Positions 15,251 through 23,742 of a stretch of 64,000 nt of DNA are shown here, one piece after another. A program made the position numbers and the translations under genes. How positions within the stretch are numbered: the first letter of the stretch is position 1; every line of letters starts with the position of its first letter. Below the pieces are notes generated by a model. The model did not search any database. It saw only the letters and a list, made by a program, of their open reading frames with translations, and was not told where the DNA came from. Origin of the DNA: an uncultured Eubacteriales bacterium (GTDB taxonomy: Bacteria; Actinomycetota; Coriobacteriia; Anaerosomatales; PHET01); assembly GCA_964607705.1 (NCBI GenBank), contig CAZSLI010000001.1, positions 56,193 through 120,192 on the forward strand. The letters run 5' to 3'.

Positions 15251-16861
15251 TTGATCCGCTCGATAGCGCGAAAAGATGAAGGATTCTCAGTCGCGGAGGT
15301 TGTCATCGCGGCTGCCATTCTGTTCTTCGTGCTGACCGCGATGATCGGCCTCGTCGGCGCTTCTCAGCGAATGAGCGTTGATGCCAAGCGCCGCACCATC
15401 GTCACGAACGCCATGGCCGAGTACATCGACGAGATCCGCGCGATGGACTACAAGCAGATCGCGATGTACCCGACCGGCGGCATCCGCGACACGGATCCGC
15501 GGGTCTACGGCAACTATACTGTCACCTTCAAGAACCGCGTCGTGTTCCAAGACGGGGCGAACGGCGAGTACCTGCGTACGATCTACGTCAGTGCCTCATG
15601 CACGATCAACGGGCAGACGTTCACTTCGTCGTCGACGGTCAACATCAAGAACCCCGCGAACGATACGACGGCCGCCAAGCTCACCGACCCCGACGCGCCC
15701 GTGATCAAGTTCACGACCGCCACGGCGAAGCCAGACTCGGTGCTCTACGCCAAGCGCGTCAACAACACGACGTACGATCTCAACGAGATCGGGGTTGAGG
15801 TCCGCAGCCCCAACGACGCCATCCAGGAAGTGCAATTCAAGGTCGGCAACGTGCTCGTGCGCGACGACCAGTCCGACTCTGGACATGACGCAATCTGGAC
15901 GTTCACGCCCCCGCGCACCGGCGCCTTCGTCGTGACAAGCGTCTGGGACACCGAGCAGGATGGCGTCTCAGACGGCTTCCAGACTCTCCGGGCGATCGCC
16001 AAGGACGACAAGGGCCTCGTATCCAGCGTCGACCGGCGCTTCATCGTGGATAACGAGGTGCCGGGAGTGCCGACGGACCTCGCGGCGAACGCCACCACCA
16101 GCCGCGCGGCTGCGGTGGCCTTCAACGCTGCTCCCGACCCAGTCCCGCCCAGTGGCGGCATCGCCAGCACCTTCGCGACACGCTACGAGTACACGCTTCG
16201 CAAGGAGCCGCTCGGCTACTCGTCGAGCGTGGATTCTTGGTCCGTGGTTGGCGTACCGGTCATCATCAGGAACGCGACAAGCGATGTGGCCGCCATGCAG
16301 AAGGGCGGCAGGCTTTCCATCCCGCTGGTGGTCGAGCCGTTCTCCAGATATTCGATCTCTCTCAAGGCCGGCAGTCCCCGCGACTTCAACGCCACCCCGG
16401 GAGTGCTCTCTGTGCCCCTGGTCTCGAGGGCGGAGGCGGTCTCCGCGACCTGCACCACCAACTACGTGAAGACCGGCAACAGCAAGTACACGGACTACAC
16501 CCTGCAGATCCTCGTGACGAGACCGTCTTTCCCGGTCAGCTCCGTTACGTACGTCTTCGAATACAAAGACCCTGCCACGGGTGAGTGGCTTCCCTTTGAG
16601 TTCGCTGAGGGTTGGACCGCCACGACGGGCTCAACCTCGCCGTACGTCAGCATCGCGGGAACGTTCACGGATACGCAGGCATCGCGCCAGTTGTGGCTGA
16701 GAGTCGGAATGACGGTCACGCCGAGCGGGCCCGGCGGCGGTACGCCGCTTCCGGTCAACTACACGAACGCGTTCGGTCGCACGCCGTTGGACAGCGACTC
16801 GAAGTCCGGTGTCAAGGCTGGCCCTCTGCCGTTGTCACCTGACCCGACGTGGGCTGAGTGA
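15251..16861 (+). CDS. large minor pilin / pilus-associated protein with prepilin-like N-terminus
   Basis: The leader ...SIARKDEG|FSVAEVVIAAAILFFVL has Gly-1, Phe+1 and Glu+5. About 500 aa of beta-rich sequence follow. TTG 15251 sits 5-6 nt after GAGGTGA; the alternative GTG 15242 lies within that RBS-like sequence. Confidence 0.7.
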   Translation: MIRSIARKDEGFSVAEVVIAAAILFFVLTAMIGLVGASQRMSVDAKRRTIVTNAMAEYIDEIRAMDYKQIAMYPTGGIRDTDPRVYGNYTVTFKNRVVFQDGANGEYLRTIYVSASCTINGQTFTSSSTVNIKNPANDTTAAKLTDPDAPVIKFTTATAKPDSVLYAKRVNNTTYDLNEIGVEVRSPNDAIQEVQFKVGNVLVRDDQSDSGHDAIWTFTPPRTGAFVVTSVWDTEQDGVSDGFQTLRAIAKDDKGLVSSVDRRFIVDNEVPGVPTDLAANATTSRAAAVAFNAAPDPVPPSGGIASTFATRYEYTLRKEPLGYSSSVDSWSVVGVPVIIRNATSDVAAMQKGGRLSIPLVVEPFSRYSISLKAGSPRDFNATPGVLSVPLVSRAEAVSATCTTNYVKTGNSKYTDYTLQILVTRPSFPVSSVTYVFEYKDPATGEWLPFEFAEGWTATTGSTSPYVSIAGTFTDTQASRQLWLRVGMTVTPSGPGGGTPLPVNYTNAFGRTPLDSDSKSGVKAGPLPLSPDPTWAE

Positions 16862-17424
16862 TGGGCAGGCACCCGCACGACGACGGCATGAGCGTCGCCG
16901 AGCTGCTGGTTGCAGTGACGGTGCTGTTGATCGTACTGGGCCTCACTTACTACGGCGTGCAGGCGATCCAGGTGTCCGGCAAGGTGACGGAGCGCCAGGC
17001 CCAGTTCGCCACCGAGATATCCACGCCGCTGCACGAGATGGACAAGATCCTGAGTCAGAACAAGGTGATCGAGAACTCGGGGACCCGGCTGTCCGACGGC
17101 TACAAGATCACCGTGCGGCAGCCGACCGCTCCCGGCACGTCAAACTTCGAACGCCACGTGTTCCAAGCGACTACCGACGGCAGACTCGTGCACACGGTCG
17201 AGCGACAGAACCTGCTCTCGGGAGCCGTGACGCCTCTGCGTACCAGAATCATGTCGACTCGCAACGCGAATCGCACTCAGGGGGAGTTGTTCCGGTACGT
17301 CGCAGGCGCGAGTGGAACCCCCACGACCCCGGTTGGCGCCGACTCGGTGATCGTCACGATCTTCACGGTCAACGAAGGCCAGTACTTCAGCGGCGAGCGC
17401 CGGATCTTCTTCAGGAACAGGTAG
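16858..17424 (+). CDS. minor pilin (prepilin-like N-terminus)
   Basis: MMGRHPHDDG|MSVAELLVAVTVLLIVL with Glu+5. The start overlaps the upstream stop (GTGATG). Confidence 0.7.
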   Translation: MMGRHPHDDGMSVAELLVAVTVLLIVLGLTYYGVQAIQVSGKVTERQAQFATEISTPLHEMDKILSQNKVIENSGTRLSDGYKITVRQPTAPGTSNFERHVFQATTDGRLVHTVERQNLLSGAVTPLRTRIMSTRNANRTQGELFRYVAGASGTPTTPVGADSVIVTIFTVNEGQYFSGERRIFFRNR

Positions 17425-17430
17425 AACCAG

Positions 17431-18867
17431 ATGCACCGCAACTCACATCTCGCCTCAGATGAGGGATTCGCCCTGGTCACTGTGATCGGTGCCATGGCGC
17501 TGATCACGGTCATCGCCATCAGCGGATTCTTTATCGCGCAGAATACACTCGGCGAATCGCTGCGGGTCAGCGACGAGAACCGGGCCTACCAGGCCGCGAG
17601 CTCTGCGCTCGACCAGGAGCTTTCGGTATTCACGCCCGAGTCGCTCGTAACGGGTGTGAGCCCGTCGGGCTATTCATATGACACATCACGAACCATCAAT
17701 GGAAGCGATTGGTACGTCGTCTCGGTTCACGACTCGGCCGATGACTCTTCACTCGGCGCCGACGAGTACGAGATGGTGGCCCTCGGCGGGTCCGGCGGTA
17801 CGACCGAGACGGTGCGCGTGAGGTTTCAGAGCTTCAACCTCTGGGACATGAACATCAGCGCCGGCGAGAACTCCGGTATGGGCTCGGGTGCGGGTTTCAA
17901 CGGTAACGGTACGATCATCGGCAAGGTCTACAGCAACGGCAACTTCGACTGGTCGGGCAACGGCCGCCTCGAAGACGGGCCTGTGTTCGTCCGCAACGGC
18001 GTCTTCACCAAGCAGAGCTCGGGTAGCAACGTCGGCTACCCGACCGACTACGTCGACGCCTACATGGACAATCCCCCCGCCGGACAGACGAACGGGATGT
18101 ACGCCACGCTCAAGGGCACAGCTCCGAAGCTGGACATCCCATTTCCCACTGAGGCTGATATGGACAACTGGCGCCAGATGGCGATCAGCAGCGCCGCAGC
18201 GAACAAGTTGGGCGACAACGGAGTATGGACTGGCGGGGCGACCGCGCCTCGGCATCCCGGTTCGGTGTCCGACGCTCAGTACACCGTCTTCGACAACGAC
18301 ATCACCATCGGCACGGCATCGTTCGGTAAGACGGGCACCACGGGCGTGCCGGTGGTTGAGTCCGAGAGCGCTGACGTGATCGCCTTCGATGCGAGCCAGG
18401 GCACCCTCTATCTGAACGGCATCGTCTACTGCGACGGGACGGTGACCATCTCGAACGCCGTCAACAACTACGTTGGAAAAGGCGTGATCGTTGCACACGA
18501 CGGTGTCGTGATAGACGGTCGATTGGTACCGAGACCCTTCGCGTTCGGCGCGTTGGACTCCTATGACACGCACAGCTCCGGCGAACGCCTGCCGAGGACG
18601 AGTACCAACGACTGTCTCGCGATCGTGAGCATGGGCCAAGTGACTCAGAGGGTCTCGGATTGGGTTGCTGGCATGATCTTCACGAATGGCGCTTACGTCG
18701 CCACGCCGACCGGTGCCAAGTTCCGCGGCTCGATCATCTCCAACGGAATCAACTTCAATCAGCCGAACGTCTGGCTCGTCACGCAGACAGGAATGGCCGA
18801 TAACCGACCGGATGGAATGCCCGCCCTGAACAACATGAATGCTCAGGGCGACTGGATACGCAGGTAG
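17431..18867 (+). CDS. large minor pilin, PilX/GspK-like (no Glu+5)
   Basis: ...LASDEG|FALVTVIGAMALITVIAISGFF has Thr at +5 instead of Glu. The 478-aa protein has a Gly/Asn-rich beta-type repeat region. Confidence 0.65.
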   Translation: MHRNSHLASDEGFALVTVIGAMALITVIAISGFFIAQNTLGESLRVSDENRAYQAASSALDQELSVFTPESLVTGVSPSGYSYDTSRTINGSDWYVVSVHDSADDSSLGADEYEMVALGGSGGTTETVRVRFQSFNLWDMNISAGENSGMGSGAGFNGNGTIIGKVYSNGNFDWSGNGRLEDGPVFVRNGVFTKQSSGSNVGYPTDYVDAYMDNPPAGQTNGMYATLKGTAPKLDIPFPTEADMDNWRQMAISSAAANKLGDNGVWTGGATAPRHPGSVSDAQYTVFDNDITIGTASFGKTGTTGVPVVESESADVIAFDASQGTLYLNGIVYCDGTVTISNAVNNYVGKGVIVAHDGVVIDGRLVPRPFAFGALDSYDTHSSGERLPRTSTNDCLAIVSMGQVTQRVSDWVAGMIFTNGAYVATPTGAKFRGSIISNGINFNQPNVWLVTQTGMADNRPDGMPALNNMNAQGDWIRR

Positions 18868-18889
18868 GGCCCCGAGGGGCTGGGCATTG

Positions 18890-18917
18890 TTGACAGTGGT
18901 TCCTGTGCTACTATTTC
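18890..18917 (+). promoter_or_regulatory. candidate promoter of pilMNO
   Basis: TTGACA at 18890-18895. The possible -10 elements are TACTAT (18909-18914, spacer only 13) or TATTTC (18912-18917, spacer 16). The geometry is imperfect. Confidence 0.3.
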
Positions 18918-18989
18918 TCACGGGACCATCGCAGTAGAAGCACCAGTAGACGAAGCACAACACTGCAGCAGTTATCGAGGGAGGACGCG

Positions 18990-20111
18990 TTGGCTCCTGT
19001 TTCTCTCGGCGCCGTTCCGCCGCCGGTGGGTCTCGACATAGGGACCGACCATGTCAGGGCAGCATTCGTAAAGCCGTCGGGCGCCGGGTTCAATCTGGCC
19101 GCCTACGGCTCGGTGAGCATGCCCTTCGGCGCGGTCGTCGAGGGCGAGATCGTCGATCCCGAGTCGGTGGCGAGCGCCATCAAGGAACTCTGGAAGCGCG
19201 CGGGCATCCGCTCCAAGGAAGTCGCGATCGGGGTCTCGAACCAGAAGGTCGTCGTGCGCCTCATCGACCTGCCCTTCATGGAGAAGGACGAACTCGCAGG
19301 CGCGATCCAGTATCAGGCCCAAGACTACATCCCGATCCCCGTAGAAGAGGCCATCCTCTCGTACGAGCGTATCGGCGATTACATGACCCCTGCTGACGAG
19401 CACATGATGGAAGTGCTTCTGGTGGCGGCGCAGCGCGATATGATCGACAACGCAGTCGCTGCTGTCGAAGGCGCCGGACTCAAGCTCTCGCAGATCGACG
19501 TGACCGCCTTCGCGCTCGTGCGGTCGCTTCTCGGCAGCGTGTCGAGCGTGCTCCCGGACGAAGAGGAGCAGTCGGCAGCCACGGGACTGATCCACATCAC
19601 CTCGGGTCTCACTAACATCGCGGTCGTCGAGAAGGGCGTCCCGAGGTTCACGCGCGTGTCTGCCCTCGGCGGCAACCAGTTCAGCCAGGCGATCGCCAAT
19701 GTGCTCAACCTCACGTTCGACGAGGCCGAAGACCTCAAGGTCCGTGCCGGACTGCCCGCCCTCGACGGTGCGCCGTTCCCGCTTACCGGAGTCGACCCGG
19801 AAGTTGCTCGGGTCGCACAGGAGGCGCTCGAGCGCGAAGCCAACAAGTTCATCGCCGAGGTCCGCCGCTCGCTCGACTACTACCTGACGCAGGCAACCCA
19901 GGTCCGCACCATCAAGCGCATCGTGCTTGCGGGCAGCGGTGCTCAGCTTCGCAATCTCGCCAACTATCTCGAGAAGGGCCTGCAGACGCCGGTCACGCTC
20001 GGCGATCCTCTCGCGCGCGTGCATGCGTCCGGAGCGCTCGAGCAGGCGGTGCTTGCCGACCGCATGGGCTGTGCCGCAGCGATCGGCCTGGCGATGGGAG
20101 GCGTGGACTAG
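18990..20111 (+). CDS. pilM: type IV pilus assembly protein PilM (actin-like ATPase fold)
   Basis: VGLDIGTDHVRAAFVK is a phosphate-1-like motif, and ...IVLAGSGAQLRNL lies near the C-terminus. TTG start after GAGGGAGGA. Confidence 0.85.
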   Translation: MAPVSLGAVPPPVGLDIGTDHVRAAFVKPSGAGFNLAAYGSVSMPFGAVVEGEIVDPESVASAIKELWKRAGIRSKEVAIGVSNQKVVVRLIDLPFMEKDELAGAIQYQAQDYIPIPVEEAILSYERIGDYMTPADEHMMEVLLVAAQRDMIDNAVAAVEGAGLKLSQIDVTAFALVRSLLGSVSSVLPDEEEQSAATGLIHITSGLTNIAVVEKGVPRFTRVSALGGNQFSQAIANVLNLTFDEAEDLKVRAGLPALDGAPFPLTGVDPEVARVAQEALEREANKFIAEVRRSLDYYLTQATQVRTIKRIVLAGSGAQLRNLANYLEKGLQTPVTLGDPLARVHASGALEQAVLADRMGCAAAIGLAMGGVD

Positions 20112-20753
20112 ATGGTCCGCATCAACCTTCTGCCCGCGGAGATCATCGAGCGCAGACGCTACGAGCGCTTCTATCCGTACCTGTTCATAGGCGGCGCTAT
20201 CGGTCTCGCAGTGATCGTCGTGATGTGGCTGGGGCTCCAACTCTACGTGAGCCAGCGCAACGACCAACTGCAGCAGACGCAGGAGACGGTCAACTCGCTC
20301 ACCGCCCAAGCACAAGCCCTCGCCATCTTCGAACAGCAGCGGCAGCAGTTGGCGCAGCGTCAGTCGATCGCCACCCAGGCGCTTGCCGGACGCATCGACA
20401 TGGGCCGCATCCTCGAAGAGGTCTCGCTCGTCCTGCCGGACAAGGTCTGGCTGACCCACATCGGTCTCGACGAGAACTCGGGCGCGCTGTTCGACGCCGT
20501 ATCGCCCAACAGCGCCGAGCCCGACGTCACTGACGGCTACAAGTCGGTGGCCGCAACCCTGGTGCGACTCAACAGTCTTGCCGACCTGTACGATGTCTGG
20601 CTCACGGCCGCCTCGAGCGGCCTGTCGGAAGTCCAAGGGTCGGACTCGGGCGAACAGACGGTCATCTTCGGAGCGACCAGCAAGATCGTGAAACCGGTAG
20701 CGCCAACGGCTGATTCCGCCGTGCCTGCCCCGCCTACGACGACGGGCCAGTGA
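20112..20753 (+). CDS. pilN: type IV pilus assembly protein PilN
   Basis: MVRINLLPAEIIERRRYERF followed by a TM helix, the classic PilN N-terminus. The start abuts the pilM stop. Confidence 0.8.
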   Translation: MVRINLLPAEIIERRRYERFYPYLFIGGAIGLAVIVVMWLGLQLYVSQRNDQLQQTQETVNSLTAQAQALAIFEQQRQQLAQRQSIATQALAGRIDMGRILEEVSLVLPDKVWLTHIGLDENSGALFDAVSPNSAEPDVTDGYKSVAATLVRLNSLADLYDVWLTAASSGLSEVQGSDSGEQTVIFGATSKIVKPVAPTADSAVPAPPTTTGQ

Positions 20754-20754
20754 G

Positions 20755-21369
20755 ATGAGGGCGATCAAACTATCTCCACGAAACACCCTCATCTTGGTGG
20801 CCGTCGGCATCGTTGCCGGTCTGGCGATCCTTGCGGCTGTTCTAGTCGTGCCACAGTTCAAGAAGCTGTCGTCCTTGGATGCTGCGATCGCGGCGGCAGA
20901 CACTCAGGTCGAGCAGGCGCAGACGCTGCTTGCAGCTCGCCAGGAGGCCAAGACCAACGCGGCGATGACCGACGCAGCGCTGCTGGAACTCGCGGCAGGC
21001 ATGCCCGAGACTCCGGACCAGCCGAGCCTGATCATCGAGCTCCAAGACTATGCGTACGACAGCAATGTCGAGTTGCGGACGGTCACTCCCGGCGCGCTCA
21101 CCGGAAACGGCGTGTGGATCACCATGCCCATGCAACTCATGGTGTGGGGGGACTGGGCGGATTGTGTCGACTTCGTCCAGAGGCTGCAGCGCTTGACCCG
21201 GCAGGTCCGCATCATTCGCGTCGACAGCAGCCTCACCGACGTCGAGGGTGCCGTGCAGGAGCACGGGCAGTACACCAACTCGCTGACGCTGGACATCAAC
21301 ACCTACATCATCCCGTCCGCCGATGAGTCGGGTACCGCCGCCCCGGTGGCCCCGGCACCGGCACCGTAA
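20755..21369 (+). CDS. pilO: type IV pilus assembly protein PilO-like
   Basis: N-terminal TM helix, coiled-coil segment (LSSLDAAIAAADTQVEQAQTLLAARQEA), then a small alpha/beta domain. Its position is after pilN. Confidence 0.65.
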   Translation: MRAIKLSPRNTLILVAVGIVAGLAILAAVLVVPQFKKLSSLDAAIAAADTQVEQAQTLLAARQEAKTNAAMTDAALLELAAGMPETPDQPSLIIELQDYAYDSNVELRTVTPGALTGNGVWITMPMQLMVWGDWADCVDFVQRLQRLTRQVRIIRVDSSLTDVEGAVQEHGQYTNSLTLDINTYIIPSADESGTAAPVAPAPAP

Positions 21370-21381
21370 CGGAGGGAACTC

Positions 21382-22002
21382 GTGGTCGATAACCTGACTC
21401 CTTCCGATCCCGCGGTCGAAGGCGCACCCGCCAAGGGTGGCCTCGTCGGCTTCCTGTCGACGACCCGCGGCAAGCTCATCGTCGGTGGCGTCGCCCTGCT
21501 GCTGGTCATCGCTGCTGCTGCAGGCGTGTTCGTCATGTTCATCCAACAGCCCGGTGGCGATGCGTTGGAGCCTCTGGTGCCGCCTGCGGGCAGCGTCTCA
21601 ACGACCGCGACTCCTGATGGGAGCGTCGAGGCGACACCTACGTACCGTCGCGCCAAGCCGCTCTCGAGCACGTTCGTGTTCCGCAACATCTTCATCCCGA
21701 CCGTCAAGGCGTCGACCACCGCATCGAGTTCGAGCGGGGCGTCGTCGACTGCCGGCGGGTCCACGACCGCGAGCGGAACGCCGAACGTCCCCGCGAACAC
21801 GTTGTATCTGCAGTCGGTCACCACGGTCGACGGCGAGCCGGTCGCGACCTTCATCTGGAACGGCCAGACCTACACCGCGTCGGAGGGCGACCGTCTCGGC
21901 GACACGCCGTGGATGGTCGTCGACATAAGCGGCGACAGTGTGACGATGCTCTATGGCGACACGCGCATCACGCTCACCGTGGGGCAGGGCCTCTCGAAGT
22001 AG
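21382..22002 (+). CDS. hypothetical membrane-anchored protein, last gene of pilMNO operon
   Basis: GTG start, one TM helix (LIVGGVALLLVIAAAAGVFVMF), a Ser/Thr/Ala-rich linker, and a ~70-aa beta-type C-terminus (TFIWNGQTYTASEGDRLGDTPWMVVDISGDSVTMLYGD). Confidence 0.5.
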   Translation: MVDNLTPSDPAVEGAPAKGGLVGFLSTTRGKLIVGGVALLLVIAAAAGVFVMFIQQPGGDALEPLVPPAGSVSTTATPDGSVEATPTYRRAKPLSSTFVFRNIFIPTVKASTTASSSSGASSTAGGSTTASGTPNVPANTLYLQSVTTVDGEPVATFIWNGQTYTASEGDRLGDTPWMVVDISGDSVTMLYGDTRITLTVGQGLSK

Positions 22003-22027
22003 CGCGGCAGGGCCAAGCCGGCCTGAG

Positions 22028-22036
22028 TGGTAGAAT
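22028..22036 (+). promoter_or_regulatory. extended -10 promoter element (TGGTAGAAT) for the aroC operon
   Basis: TGn-TAGAAT lies 37 nt upstream of ATG 22073. The same TAGAAT hexamer recurs at three other intergenic sites. Confidence 0.45.
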
Positions 22037-22072
22037 CTGCGCACGTCACCGTAGCCGAAAGGTCCTTGAGCC

Positions 22073-23224
22073 ATGCGCTATACCACCGCCGGCGAATCGC
22101 ACGGGCGCGCCCTGTGTGCCATCGTGACCGGCGTGCCCGCGGGCGTGCCGGTCGACTCCGCAGCATTGGATGCCGACCTCGCTCGCCGACAGCGCGGATA
22201 CGGCCGTGGCGGTCGTCAAGCGATCGAGACCGACCGCGCCGCCGTGCTCTCCGGCCTGCGCTTCGGTCGCACCATCGGAAGCCCGGTGTGTATCACCGTC
22301 GCGAATCGTGACTGGGACAACTGGGTCGAGATCATGGCTCCCTTCGGTGACAAGCCCGACAACTTGCGTGAGACCGCGCCGCGTCCTGGACACGCCGATC
22401 TGCCGGGGGTCATGAAGACGGGCTCCGATGACACCCGCGACATCCTTGAGCGCGCAAGCGCGCGTGAGACAGCTGCTCGTGTGGCCGCCGGTGGGATAGC
22501 CAAGGCGTTCTTGTCGGGACTCGGTGTGCGGGTCTCCTCGTATGTCGAGGCGATAGGGGATGTGCGACTTCCCGAGCAGACCGTCTCCTCGGCGCTCGAC
22601 CAGCAGGCCATCGAGGCGAGCGACGTGCGGTGCCCTGATGAAGCGACCGCGCAGGGCATGCGCGAAGCGATCGACGCGGCGCGCAGTCGCGGTGAGTCGC
22701 TCGGCGGCATCTTCGTTGTGACCGCCACGGGACTCGTCCCGGGTCTTGGCAGCTACGCGGAGGCCGACCGCCGCTTGGACGCGCGGCTGGCGGCTGCCCT
22801 CATATCCATCCCCGCCATGAAGGGCGTGGAGTTCGGCGATGGGTTCGCGGCAGCCCAGAGGCCGGGGAGCGAAGTCCACGACGCGATCCTCCATCAGCCC
22901 GGTCGCGGCTTCTATCGCGACACGAACCGGGCCGGCGGTCTCGAGGGTGGCATGACGAACGGTGAGCCTCTCGTGGCACGGGTCGCGATGAAGCCGATCC
23001 CCACGCTCATGCGGCCGCTGGCAAGCGTCGATCTCGACACCCGCGAGCCGATCGACGCCAGCCGTGAGCGCAGCGACGTCTGCGCCGTGCCGGCTGCAGC
23101 GGTCGTAGCGGAGGCTGAAGTCGCGTTCGCGCTTGCGAACGCCTACTGCGAGTCGTTCGGCAGCGATTCGTACGACGACATAGTCGCCCGCGTCGATGAC
23201 TATCGAGAGAGGCTGGCTCGGTGA
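22073..23224 (+). CDS. aroC: chorismate synthase
   Basis: MRYTTAGESHGRALCAIVTGVPAG, GRSSARETA-like RASARETAARV, and GGLEGGMTNGEP. Confidence 0.95.
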   Translation: MRYTTAGESHGRALCAIVTGVPAGVPVDSAALDADLARRQRGYGRGGRQAIETDRAAVLSGLRFGRTIGSPVCITVANRDWDNWVEIMAPFGDKPDNLRETAPRPGHADLPGVMKTGSDDTRDILERASARETAARVAAGGIAKAFLSGLGVRVSSYVEAIGDVRLPEQTVSSALDQQAIEASDVRCPDEATAQGMREAIDAARSRGESLGGIFVVTATGLVPGLGSYAEADRRLDARLAAALISIPAMKGVEFGDGFAAAQRPGSEVHDAILHQPGRGFYRDTNRAGGLEGGMTNGEPLVARVAMKPIPTLMRPLASVDLDTREPIDASRERSDVCAVPAAAVVAEAEVAFALANAYCESFGSDSYDDIVARVDDYRERLAR

Positions 23225-23742
23225 GACTCGAGCGCCATCTCTTCCTCGTCGGATTCATGGGCTCGGGCAAGTCGACGGTCGCGAGGCTGATCGCCGGTGT
23301 TCTCGGCGCGCCGCTCATCGATCTCGACGAGCGCATCTCGCACACGGCCGGCAGGTCGATCGCCCAGGTGTTCGCGGCCGACGGCGAGGAAGCGTTCAGG
23401 GATCTCGAATCCGCTGAGCTCGCACGGACCGAATCCGAGACGCCATCGGTGGTGGCTTGCGGGGGCGGGGTCGTCTTGCGCCCCGAGAACCGGGCGCTGC
23501 TCACGCGCCTGGGGACCGTCGCCTACCTCCACGTGACTGCTGGCGAGGCCATCGCACGCATCGGGGACGCCGAGTCACGGCCGCTATTGTCCGGTCCGGG
23601 AGCGCCTCTGGCTGCCACCGCGCTTCTCGCGGCACGGGAATCACTCTATCGTTCGATCGCCGATTTCACGGTGGAGACGGTCGGAAGGTCGGCACAAGAC
23701 GTCGCCGACGACGTCCTCATAGCGCTAGGGGAACTATCGTGA
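23221..23742 (+). CDS. aroK: shikimate kinase
   Basis: LVGFMGSGKSTVARLIA is a P-loop, followed by DLD and a GGG motif (ACGGGVV). GTGA overlap with aroC. Confidence 0.9.
   Translation: MRLERHLFLVGFMGSGKSTVARLIAGVLGAPLIDLDERISHTAGRSIAQVFAADGEEAFRDLESAELARTESETPSVVACGGGVVLRPENRALLTRLGTVAYLHVTAGEAIARIGDAESRPLLSGPGAPLAATALLAARESLYRSIADFTVETVGRSAQDVADDVLIALGELS

Noticed and set aside
18972-20903. A 643-aa minus-strand ORF antisense to pilM/pilN/pilO.
   Set aside because: Same artefact class. pilM and pilN have diagnostic N-termini on the plus strand, and the antisense product is Arg/Asp/His-rich with no domain signature.
3429-22002. The T4P locus, considered as a recently acquired genomic island.
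   Set aside because: I see no visible drop or shift in GC or codon style relative to the flanks. There is no integrase, tRNA or direct repeats at the borders, and the locus is tightly packed against aroE and aroC. This was judged by eye only and not computed.
23457-23738. Long N-terminal extensions offered by the ORF track for aroB (23457), aroQ (24767), pepP (25135), DUF3866 (47359), the permease (54679), Roadblock (5154), the GTPase (7880) and GT2 (39648).
   Set aside because: The extensions lie inside the preceding gene and encode Arg/Pro-rich junk. Each is superseded by an in-frame start that overlaps or abuts the upstream stop, or that has a good RBS and yields a family-typical N-terminus.
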